DNA of 32,000 nt from Nitrosospira multiformis ATCC 25196 (GCF_000196355.1 NC_007614.1:1800001-1832000); one strand, 5' to 3'. Positions 1 through 7,788 are shown, numbered from the stretch's first letter. Made by a program: numbers and translations. Notes: generated by a model not told the origin, from the letters alone.

Positions 1-2
1 TG

Positions 3-150
3 GCGTTGCGAAGATCGGCCGAAAAAGCCCGGCGCGAGGCCATCAGGCGTCTGGAGAGCAGGCTGATCCAGCTATCCGGCCAGGCACCGGAAGAAATAAA
101 GCAGAGGCAGCAGATCGAGTGGACAATTCACACGATCAAAAATAACAAAA
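3..150 (+). pseudogene. Fragment of a gene entering from the left window edge; function unknown; interrupted by an IS remnant
   Basis: Frame 3 is open from the window edge (..AEKARREAIRRLESRLIQLSGQAPEEIKQRQQIEWTIHTIKNNK), charged and coiled-coil-like. The ORF-track version (6..263) stays open only because it reads antisense through the IS5 remnant. There is no start codon in the window, and the right limit is approximate. Confidence 0.3.
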
Positions 151-565
151 GAGGGGCCTTCCTCCCCTTCACACAGCACCCGATATTCGGGGCGGCGATC
201 GCATTGCCGTCCGGGGGCTATGGACTTCTACTCCTGCTGGAATATTTTGCCACCGGGCAGTAATAGCCCTGGGAGCGGGGGGGATGAAGTGAGATTCCAT
301 TGCGGCGTAATACCCTTTTGTCTGAGGGCTGCCCTGAACCAGTCAGCATCATAGCCGCGATCCCCCAGCAACTTTTTTGCCCTGGGCAGGGCAGGCAACA
401 ACAGGGCCCACCCTTGTAATCGCTCATCTGTCCTTCGGAGAGCAGCAGGGCAACAGGCTTGCCCCTGCCGTCGCACACGGCATGGAGTTTTGAATTCAAG
501 TCGCCTTTCGTGCGACCGATACGGCGGGGAACATCCCCTTTTTTAAAAGGCTGGCTGCCGTACGG
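150..565 (-). mobile_element. IS5-family (IS427/IS402-like) transposase remnant: C-terminal half only, frameshifted
   Basis: Minus-strand translation in two frames gives KKGDVPRRIGRTKGDLNSKLHAVCDGRGKPVALLLSEGQMSDYKG and LPRAKKLLGDRGYDADWFRAALRQKGITP. This is the central signature of IS5-family DDE transposases. ORFs 218..499 and 228..476 must be joined by a frameshift. The N-terminal half of the transposase is missing. The left limit (150-220) is uncertain. Confidence 0.7.
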
Positions 566-783
566 TGATAGATGATAACAACAGGCCCGATCTCGGGGAC
601 TTCCAGATGGTGGCGATCACCATCCTCACGGTAATCATTTATGCCATATCCGCAATCGAATTCATGGAGAACATCGAATTCCGCCGCGTGGTTACCATGC
701 CGGACGTGGATGCAACACTGCTGTCAATATTCGGCTTGGGCCAAGCAGCCTATCTCGGCAAGAAAGCCGCCGGCGAGCAGTAG
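547..783 (+). pseudogene. C-terminal fragment of a membrane protein of unknown function, abutting the IS5 remnant breakpoint
   Basis: The frame opens at 547, right at the truncated end of the IS remnant. It encodes ..PDLGDFQMVAITILTVIIYAISAIEF..LLSIFGLGQAAYLGKKAAGEQ with one clear hydrophobic helix. The GTG at 565 has no convincing RBS. Confidence 0.3.
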
Positions 784-932
784 TTTGATAGCTCCAATAC
801 ATCCTGCGCAGATTGCTTTTGCGCTACAAGGCGTCTGCATCGCGGCCCTTCCTTTCAGATTTAAGTCGTTCTTGTAAAAGAACTTACTCGTGATTCCGGC
901 CACGTGCACCTGCCATTTATGAGAAACGCGGG

Positions 933-3900
933 CTAAAACCTCCAGTCGAGATTTGCCCGGACACCGTTATCCACGACGTTGCTAAATACTTGTCCGGTGT
1001 AGGCAATGCCCAGGATCGCGTTCTTGCCAACGCTTGCGTCCAGGCCCGCCCCTATGATCATTGCGTCTTTCGCGATGGGAGTGCCTGCAATGCCAAATGC
1101 CGAACCACCACTGAAAGCCACGGACGAGCGGGTTGGAACGCTGTCAAAGGCATGACGCCATCCCAGACTGCCCCGCAGCCTTGTGGTCGTCCCCCCTGCC
1201 GTGGAAAACATGCTCGCCGCATTCATGCCCACCGTACTGTAGGTAACGCCTTCGTTATCCCTGGAACTGCTCAATGCTGCAATGCCTCCCCGTTCCTGGA
1301 AACCCTTGGTGGCGAGATTGACATATGCCACCCCCGCGAAGGGCTCCAGCGAAACGTTCTTGAACGGCAGTTCGTAGCCCAGCTCGCCAAACACTTGGCC
1401 GGTGCGGCCGCGATAATCCCCTTTCGCCTGGTTGTTGAAACCCGGGAAAAGGATATTGCGGTTCGTTTCGAAGTCATGCCAGGTATAGCCGCCGCCAAAA
1501 CGCAGACCGAGGGCATGCCAACGCGTGCCGCCATAAGCCGTTACGTGATAGTTGTCGCTTGAACCTGTTGAAAAGCGTTCGTTCACATTAAAGGACGAAT
1601 TGCTGTAGCCCCCGGCAATCCCCAGACGCAGGAGGTCGGCAACAAGAGTATCGCCTCCCATGAAAAAACCCCCGATGTTCCGATTGATGCGCGCCGCATT
1701 CATATCTCCGCTACGGTGTCCGAAAGAACCGAATGTACGGGTCCAGAATGCGTGGCCAGTTGCTCTGTTTTCTTGCAGGGTTTGCCCCGATGCCCGGGAA
1801 ACAGTCACGCCCGGCCAGCTAAAGGACTGACGCAAGCGATCATTGACCGCTTCGCGCAGGAAACGGCTATCCTCGATCATGACGCCCTTTGCGCTGGCAT
1901 GAAGTTCTCCTGAAAGGCTATCGAAAGCCCGTCTCGCGGCATCCCGATCAGGAAGACCGGTAATCGTGTCGTACAGTGAATGCCCGGAGCCCAGGCTTTC
2001 CACACTCTGGCCCGCCGCACACTGATTGGCTGTAACAGTGACGGCGCAAAATGCGAGGGGGTTGGCATCGAGGTAAACGTTGTTCGGGTCGTAGCTCAAT
2101 CCCACATCCAGAAAGGGCAGTGTCCGGGTAAGGGTGAGCGCATCGAATGCTCCTGTCCGCCCACCTGCCGCCGTCAGGATGGTGTAGCGCGTGCTGGCGG
2201 AATAGGTACCCACCCCTGGAGTGACCGCAACCGTGCCGCCATGGAGATTCGCCGTGCCGGCGACAGCGATCCGATCGCTGTTTCCGGCAGGGTCGATTTC
2301 AACCTCATAGACGGAGCCGGGAAGCTGCGTGTAATTGCCGCTTACCCCAAGCGTGCCAATGGAATTTCCTGGAGCAACAGTGCCGGCAACAATTCCCGTA
2401 CCGATCATCCCGTTGCCCTGAAGGCGGGCATCCGCATCCACATTCACCACCCCACCCAGGATGCCATTGACGGCGAGCGTGCCGGAATTGACGAGAATCG
2501 AACCCACAAACCCTCCTGAATTCCCTGTCAGTTCCAGTGTCCCTGCCCCATCTTTGACGATCGTGCCAAAACCCGAAATTGCCCCTGAATAGCCCAGGTT
2601 ATTCGAACGGTTGAACTCGAGGATGCCGCCGAAATTATTCACATCTCCGACGATACTGCCGATGGTGCCGCCGTTGCCGATTTGCAGAGCGCCGGCATCA
2701 ATTGTCGTGCCGCCGGTATAAGTGTTTTCCCCGGTCAATGTCAGCCTTCCCGCGCCCAGCTTGTTCAGCGCGCCAGTTCCGGAGACCACGCCGCCATAGC
2801 TCATGTCATTGGAGCGGTTGAACGCGAGCGTGCCGTTATTGGTCACGTTCCCGGCGATACTGCCGGTGATGCCGCCATTGCCGATTTGCAGAGCGCCGGC
2901 ATCAATTGTCGTGCTGCCGGTATAGGTATTTTCCCCGGTCAATGTCAGCCTTCCCGCGCCCAGCTTGTTCAGCGCGCCAGTTCCGGAGACCACGCCGCCA
3001 TAGCTCATGTCATTGGAGCGGTTGAACGCGAGCGTGCCGTTATTGGTCACGTTCCCGGCGATACTGCCCGTGGTGCCGCCGTTGCCGATTTGCAGGGCAC
3101 CGGCGGCAATTGCCGTACCGCCGATATACGTGTTTTCACCAGTCAACGTCAGTCTTCCCGGACCCAGCTTGATTAATCCCCCAGTCCCGGAAACCACGCC
3201 GCCATAGCTCGTGTCATCAGAACGATTGAACGCGAGCGTGCCATTGTTGATCACGTTCCCGGTGATGCTGCCCGTGATGCCACCGTTGCCAACCTGGAGT
3301 GTTCCGGCGCTGATCACGGTGTCGCCAAAGTAGAAATTATTACCGCTGAGGATCAGCTGGGCGGAACCGGTTTTGGTGAGATTACCCATACCGAACATGC
3401 TGAGGATGGGGCCAGCCACTTCCAGATTCGCATCCGTATGGAATGTACCCCCACCAAAGTCCAGTAAAACACCACGAGTCATGGTAAAGCTTGCGGTATT
3501 TCGGTGCGTGCCATTAGAGAGTCTAAGCCACCCCATGGAAGCGCCCATGTTGTTGTCGGCACTTACAACCAGTGTACTGGAATTGACGAAGGTCTCACCC
3601 AAGTATGTGTTGGCCCCTGTCAGCTCCAGCATGTCGTTGCCGGTACCAATCACCTGAAGCCCTCCCGTGCCGGACAAAGTGCCGTTAATCCGCGCATGTC
3701 CCTCAATGGAGCCCCCCTGGACCTGAATGGTAGGGATTACCCCACCGAGGTCGATTCCATTCTGGAAATCCAGCATGTTGGCGCTGGATGTGCCGAGAAT
3801 GAGGGCCTCTCCGCTGGGGACAAAATTTCCGCTCCCCCAGGTCAGAGTGCCGCCGCTGCCACCGATATTGACAATACGATTCGAGCCATTCGAAAGAAAC

Positions 3901-4142
3901 CCTCCACTGCCGGTCCATTGCACTTGTCCCGGACCTGTACCGAGGCTGCCGCTAAAATCGCCGGTAACACTGGTGAGTTCGACAACCTCGCCACTGCCGA
4001 GGGAACCATTAAATACGAGATTGCTCGCTGGATCCCATGGCAGCATCAGCTGCGCGTATGGTTTTGGAGAAACGGCTGATAACGCAGAGCCTAGAATCAC
4101 GAGCTGCAAATCGAATAATGTGAAGCGTGGTTTTTTTTTCAT
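933..4142 (-). CDS. Autotransporter (type Va) adhesin-like outer membrane protein
   Basis: Start is ATG at 4142 (MKKKPRFTLFDLQLVILGSALSAV.., signal-peptide-like) rather than the ORF-track start at 4292. The passenger domain has many autotransporter-associated beta-strand (PATR-type) repeats (GxLTLTGxNTYTGGTTIxAGxLQIGNGGTTGSI). The C-terminal ~280 aa is barrel-like and ends in ..NLDWRF. Confidence 0.9.
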   Translation of the reverse strand: MKKKPRFTLFDLQLVILGSALSAVSPKPYAQLMLPWDPASNLVFNGSLGSGEVVELTSVTGDFSGSLGTGPGQVQWTGSGGFLSNGSNRIVNIGGSGGTLTWGSGNFVPSGEALILGTSSANMLDFQNGIDLGGVIPTIQVQGGSIEGHARINGTLSGTGGLQVIGTGNDMLELTGANTYLGETFVNSSTLVVSADNNMGASMGWLRLSNGTHRNTASFTMTRGVLLDFGGGTFHTDANLEVAGPILSMFGMGNLTKTGSAQLILSGNNFYFGDTVISAGTLQVGNGGITGSITGNVINNGTLAFNRSDDTSYGGVVSGTGGLIKLGPGRLTLTGENTYIGGTAIAAGALQIGNGGTTGSIAGNVTNNGTLAFNRSNDMSYGGVVSGTGALNKLGAGRLTLTGENTYTGSTTIDAGALQIGNGGITGSIAGNVTNNGTLAFNRSNDMSYGGVVSGTGALNKLGAGRLTLTGENTYTGGTTIDAGALQIGNGGTIGSIVGDVNNFGGILEFNRSNNLGYSGAISGFGTIVKDGAGTLELTGNSGGFVGSILVNSGTLAVNGILGGVVNVDADARLQGNGMIGTGIVAGTVAPGNSIGTLGVSGNYTQLPGSVYEVEIDPAGNSDRIAVAGTANLHGGTVAVTPGVGTYSASTRYTILTAAGGRTGAFDALTLTRTLPFLDVGLSYDPNNVYLDANPLAFCAVTVTANQCAAGQSVESLGSGHSLYDTITGLPDRDAARRAFDSLSGELHASAKGVMIEDSRFLREAVNDRLRQSFSWPGVTVSRASGQTLQENRATGHAFWTRTFGSFGHRSGDMNAARINRNIGGFFMGGDTLVADLLRLGIAGGYSNSSFNVNERFSTGSSDNYHVTAYGGTRWHALGLRFGGGYTWHDFETNRNILFPGFNNQAKGDYRGRTGQVFGELGYELPFKNVSLEPFAGVAYVNLATKGFQERGGIAALSSSRDNEGVTYSTVGMNAASMFSTAGGTTTRLRGSLGWRHAFDSVPTRSSVAFSGGSAFGIAGTPIAKDAMIIGAGLDASVGKNAILGIAYTGQVFSNVVDNGVRANLDWRF
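2484..3299 (-). repeat. Tandem array of 4 x 204 bp (68 aa) inside the autotransporter passenger domain
   Basis: Unit boundaries fall at 3299/3095/2891/2687 (each unit starts LQ[IV]GNGG). Units 2892-3095 and 2688-2891 differ at 6 of 204 positions by eye. The outer units are more diverged. Confidence 0.9.
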
Positions 4143-4934
4143 AATGCCCTTAATAGATGATGTGCCTGCCCTGAAGCTCATTCTCCTGAATCTGCTCCGC
4201 TGCCTGATGCGAATCGAATAAACGCTCCAGCCGGTACTTGAAGCAATGCGGACATCCGGCTGGTCCATACCCCAGGAAAAGAAGGACTGCATGCTACAGC
4301 CCTGGCAGAACGTGCAAAACGAGCGAAAGAGAGGCCTTCCTCCCGCTTTTCATTTACTCCATGACTTATTTCCAGCAACAGCGGAGAAACAGGAAGAACT
4401 TCAGGCTTACAGGATCAGGGCACGACGCCCCGCGTTATTGCCGGCAGCTTCTAGGGGCAACGATCTCCTGTGCCACGTTGTCGGACTTGTTCCCGGTTGA
4501 TGTGCTCCTTCAACCGGGAGCAAGAATCGAAGTCCCACTGAGTACCTTGAGCAGGCCATTTACGTCGTGCAGGGCACATTGGACCTTGCCGATGGCGTCT
4601 TTGAAGCTGGCCAGCTGCTTGTGCTTAAACCGGCCAGGAATTTAATACTGTGTGCGTCGGGACCAGGCCCGGCACGAATCATGCTGGTAGGCGGCGAGCT
4701 AATGGATGGATCACATTATCTCACCTGAAATTTCGTTTCCAGCCCGCCGGATCTAATCGAACAGGCAAAAGAGGACTGGCATAATCAGCGCTTTGCCAAA
4801 ATCACAGAAGAGATAGAATTCATTCCTTTACCGGATATACCGGATAAGCCGGTACGCCACCCATGAGAGCTACCGATTGCATCGCCGTATAGCAGCGAGG
4901 GCGGCAGGCGAAGATGAAATCGCCCTTATTCTAC

Positions 4935-5354
4935 TCACCACCTTCGATGGAGATCATCAGGCAGAGCGGTTTGGCGGGAATAGAAATCGGTCTCTATCTG
5001 AGCTGGTCCTTTGCCCGCATGGGAATGTCTACTTTTTCGGCGCACTGTTTTTACGAGCTTGCTCACGCATTTTTTATCCAGCTTATCCATTTGCTCTGGC
5101 GTAAGCACACTCTGTAAACTTGATCGCGTCTCTTCCTGTACCAGTTGCAGCTTTTGCCTCTCCTCGTTGAAAATAGCTTCAACTTTCTGTTTCTCTACAT
5201 TAAAAATACTTTCGACCTTGGGTCTTTGTTCTTCAGTAAGGCCAAGCTCTTTGCTTATGCGCTCAATCCCTTTACCAGCATCCTTTTGTTGAGCCTGTGA
5301 TGTGCTCCCCATAAAACGTGCCATCTGGAATCTAGTAAAGTTCGTTTTTTGATC
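4935..5354 (-). pseudogene. 3' part of a small LTxxQ-motif (Spy/CpxP-like?) gene disrupted by an IS insertion
   Basis: Encodes ..DQKTNFTRFQMARFMGSTSQAQQKDAGKGIERISKELGLTEEQRPKVESIFNVEKQKVEAIFNEERQKLQLVQEETRSSLQSVLTPEQMDKLDKK.., helical and charged, with two LTxxQ motifs. The ORF-track entry 4935..5543 is a chimera that reads out of the IS end. Confidence 0.6.
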
Positions 5355-5400
5355 CGCTTGGGTTTCCAGGACCATTCCGAGAGTTAGTTTTCGGCGCTGG

Positions 5401-6250
5401 TTAAACCCGGGCAAAGCTTGAAAGCCCCGCCCGGTGTACAAATTCGGCTGGCGACAGGTCATTGAGAGTCGAGTGAGGCCGACTCTCGTTGTAGTCCCGC
5501 CGCCAGTCCTCGATGATCGCTTTGGCCTCTTCCAGCGTTTCAAACCAGTGCAAGTTCAGGCACTCGTCCCGGAATGATCCGTTAAACGTCTCGATGTGGC
5601 AATTGTCCGTTGGCTTTCCCGGGCGGCTGAAGTCGATCCGTGCCTGGTGATGGTACGCCCAGAGATCGAGCAACTGCCCCGAGAATTCGCTGCCATTATC
5701 GACAAAAAGATATTGAGGAGGACCCCGCCGCGGCCAGTCGATTTAACGTAGCGACCACATGGTCGCTTCGCAGACGCTGACCCACTTCGATTGCCAATGC
5801 TTCCTTGCTGAAGACATCCACAATCGTCAGCGTACGGAACTTCATCCCGTTGGCCAGTTGGTCCGCCACAAAGTCCATGCTCCATGCTTCATTGGGTTTG
5901 GTCGGCTTGATCTTCGCCTGGCGTCTCACGACCATCTTGCGGCGCCTGGGCAGCTTTGAGCGAAGCTGTAGCTGCTCTTCGCTATAAAGCCGATACATCT
6001 GGTTTTTACCCAGCTGCCAGCCTTCACGCTTGAGAAGCACGTGGATGCGCCGGTAACCATAACGCACCCGTGTCTTTGCAATCTCCCGCATACGCCCTCG
6101 CAACGCCTGCTTCGGATCCTTGATGCTCCGATAGTACTGGACGCTGCGCGATTGCTTCATCAACCTGCAGGCCCGCCGCATGTTCAGGTCATGGTGGCTC
6201 ACGATGTAGTCCACCACTTCGCGTTTCAGCGCGGGCCGGGCCACTTTTTT
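5401..6250 (-). pseudogene. IS3-family transposase OrfB (DDE), carrying an extra frameshift
   Basis: The N-part (..WSMDFVADQL..VVATLNRLAAAG) is in one frame, and the C-part (RGPPQYLFVDNGSEFSGQLLDLWAYHHQARIDFSRPGKPTDNCHIETFNGSFRDECLN..) is in another. The two frames are simultaneously open only within 5699-5742. The break therefore falls between the first and second catalytic Asp. Confidence 0.8.
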
Positions 6251-6513
6251 GATGCAACGTCCTGCAGGATCGCCCGGTCCAGGCTCAAGTCGGCTACCAG
6301 CTTCTTGAGCCGCCCATTCTCTTCCTGCAACTGCTTGAGCTCCCGCACCTGGTCCGACTGCATCCCGGCGTACTGCTTCTTCCAACGGTAGAACGTCTGT
6401 TCCGAAATCCCCACCTGCCGGATCAGATCCGCCACCGGCATCCCCAGTTCCGCCTGCTTCAATACCGCTACGATCTGTTCTATTGAAAACCGCTTCTTCT
6501 TCATGGCAAACAC
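6226..6513 (-). CDS. IS3-family transposase OrfA (HTH)
   Basis: MKKKRFSIEQIVAVLKQAELGMPVADLIRQVGISEQTFYRWKKQYAGMQSDQVRELKQLQEENGRLKKLVADLSLD.. is a classic IS3 OrfA: an HTH followed by a leucine zipper. Confidence 0.9.
   Translation of the reverse strand: MFAMKKKRFSIEQIVAVLKQAELGMPVADLIRQVGISEQTFYRWKKQYAGMQSDQVRELKQLQEENGRLKKLVADLSLDRAILQDVASKKWPGPR
6244..6250 (-). promoter_or_regulatory. Programmed -1 ribosomal frameshift heptamer A-AAA-AAG (orfA/orfB junction)
   Basis: The minus strand reads GCA TCA AAA AAG TGG. Slipping -1 continues as ..KKVARPALKREVVDY.., the OrfB frame. Confidence 0.8.
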
Positions 6514-6577
6514 CCCCCTTTCAAGGTCTAGTTTGCCGAAAAACTCACTTTCTGTCTGGTCCTGAATTCCTAAAGCA

Positions 6578-6623
6578 GATCACTGCTCTTGATCTCACAA
6601 TTGGTCCTGGCTCCCATAGTCAT
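6578..6623 (-). pseudogene. 5' part (15 codons plus RBS) of the IS-disrupted small LTxxQ-motif gene
   Basis: AAAGGAGGATTGTC precedes ATG at 6623. Removing the IS and one GATC copy joins it in frame to 5350 and downstream. Confidence 0.6.
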
Positions 6624-6695
6624 GACAATCCTCCTTTTCAAAAAGAGAAATGAGTCGATCAGATCAGTGCTCCTCCTTTCCCGGTTTATTCCGAT

Positions 6696-7198
6696 CTATC
6701 CCCTGCTCCCCTTGGCGGGAGGTTTGAGTACACATTCGCCCATATCGAAAGTGAGTCTGTCACCTCCGTAACCCCAGATAGCGGTAAAAGGGGCCTTCTT
6801 TTCATCTTCGCCACCCTCGATTGCGCTGGTTTTGATGGTCAGGGAGACGACAAGGGGTTTGTTTTTCGGATGAACGACCGGGATCAGTCTGCCGATAGCA
6901 GTAATCGCGCCTCCCGCTTTCACGGTAAAAGCTTTGGTTTTGGCCGAGTAGCAGTTGGTCCAGAGGCAGGCTGACAACTCACCGGTTTTTGCGTTATAAA
7001 GAAACGACTCCTCGTGCTGAAAATCCTCCGTCACCCGCTCGCACTGATCCGCGGTGCACTCATACTTGAGATCCGCCCTGCAATCGAACTCTCCCTTTTG
7101 CTGGGCTAAAACCCCCGGAGAGAACAGCAACGGTACCAGCAGCGTCGGGTACGCAAACGGTGGAAGATACCTGGCGCAGGAATGGGAGCAGCAATCAC
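6696..7198 (-). CDS. Putative secreted Cys-containing protein, start unresolved (possible frameshift)
   Basis: The long ORF encodes ..TLLVPLLFSPGVLAQQ|KGEFDCRADLKYECTADQCERV.. (signal-peptide h-region plus a cleavage-like site). It has no in-frame ATG or GTG after the upstream gene ends. A GTG at 7198 overlaps the deacetylase stop (GTGA) but lies in another frame. Confidence 0.45.
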
Positions 7199-7788
7199 GG
7201 CTCTGCAATGGTGAATCCCCATTCCCACAGTTGGGAGATAAAAGACGGCAGGTCTCTCGCGGTTCCGGCAAGTATATGCATGAGGACATTGAATGAAACC
7301 TTGCGGGGCATCTGCGTGAACTGCTCCTCGATGTAGGCTATCTTTTCCTGACCCAGCCCTTGAGGGGCTTTCCAGTCCTCCGTATCGATATCCCAGGTGA
7401 CGATAGTGAGTGACAACTCCCCGGCTACCCGGACAAGCTCTGGATCTAAATGGCCTCGAAAACCACCCGCCCCATAAGGTGGCCGGATTTTGGTGGGCCG
7501 GAGTCCGCTGACTTCTTCAATGATATCCTGCGTTCGTTCAAGTTCGCGGCGCACCTCCTCCGTCTCCTGCGCGAGATCGGGGTGGCTCCAGGAGTGATTC
7601 TGGATATCATGCCCTTGATCGACAATCATTCTTGCTGCCTCGGGAAATTGCCTGACTTCGTCGCCAAGAACGTAAAACTCCGCCTTGATATCATTTTCGC
7701 GCAGCGTTCCCAGAATGCTTTCCAGCGCACTTACAGGCCCCGGTCCATCGTCAAAAGAAAGGACTATCCGTTTTCCGTCACCGGACAT
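7195..7788 (-). CDS. Polysaccharide deacetylase (NodB homology domain, CE4)
   Basis: NodB motifs are present: IVLSFDDGP, HSWSHPDL and RPPYG. No N-terminal signal peptide is evident. Confidence 0.85.
   Translation of the reverse strand: MSGDGKRIVLSFDDGPGPVSALESILGTLRENDIKAEFYVLGDEVRQFPEAARMIVDQGHDIQNHSWSHPDLAQETEEVRRELERTQDIIEEVSGLRPTKIRPPYGAGGFRGHLDPELVRVAGELSLTIVTWDIDTEDWKAPQGLGQEKIAYIEEQFTQMPRKVSFNVLMHILAGTARDLPSFISQLWEWGFTIAEP

Larger units (their letters stand above)
5355..6577 (-). mobile_element. IS3-family insertion sequence (IS407-group-like), about 1.22 kb
   Basis: Imperfect terminal inverted repeats of about 41-43 bp: 5355 CGCTTGGGTTTCCAGGACCATTCCGAGAGTTAGTTTTCGGC versus the reverse complement of 6535-6577, TGCTTTAGGAATTCAGGACCAGACAGAAAGTGAGTTTTTCGGC. 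GATC direct repeats flank it at 5351-5354 and 6578-6581. It has an orfA/orfB organisation with a slippery site. A 4-bp duplication is typical of the IS407 group. Confidence 0.85.

Noticed and set aside
2682-3176. 164-aa plus-strand ORF with an internal duplication, and other plus-strand ORFs at 990-4079
   Set aside because: These are antisense shadow ORFs inside the autotransporter gene. The internal duplication simply mirrors the 204-bp tandem units. They have no RBS and a low-complexity Ala/Gly/Arg composition.
2484-3299. Near-identical repeats as a diversity-generating retroelement template/variable pair
   Set aside because: No reverse transcriptase or accessory gene is present in the window. 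The repeats are tandem and in frame within one gene, and the differences are not adenine-specific.
4238-4645. 135-aa and 84-aa plus-strand ORFs upstream of the autotransporter
   Set aside because: They have an Arg/Cys/Pro-rich, non-protein-like composition and no RBS. They are more likely leader or decayed sequence.
4935-5543. 202-aa ORF treated as a single gene
   Set aside because: It is a chimera. Its first ~63 codons read out of the IS3 element end (5355-5543) in a non-transposase frame. Only the part downstream of 5354 belongs to the disrupted host gene.
5556-5885. 109-aa ORF inside the IS
   Set aside because: It lies in the third frame across the OrfB frameshift region and has no transposase motifs.
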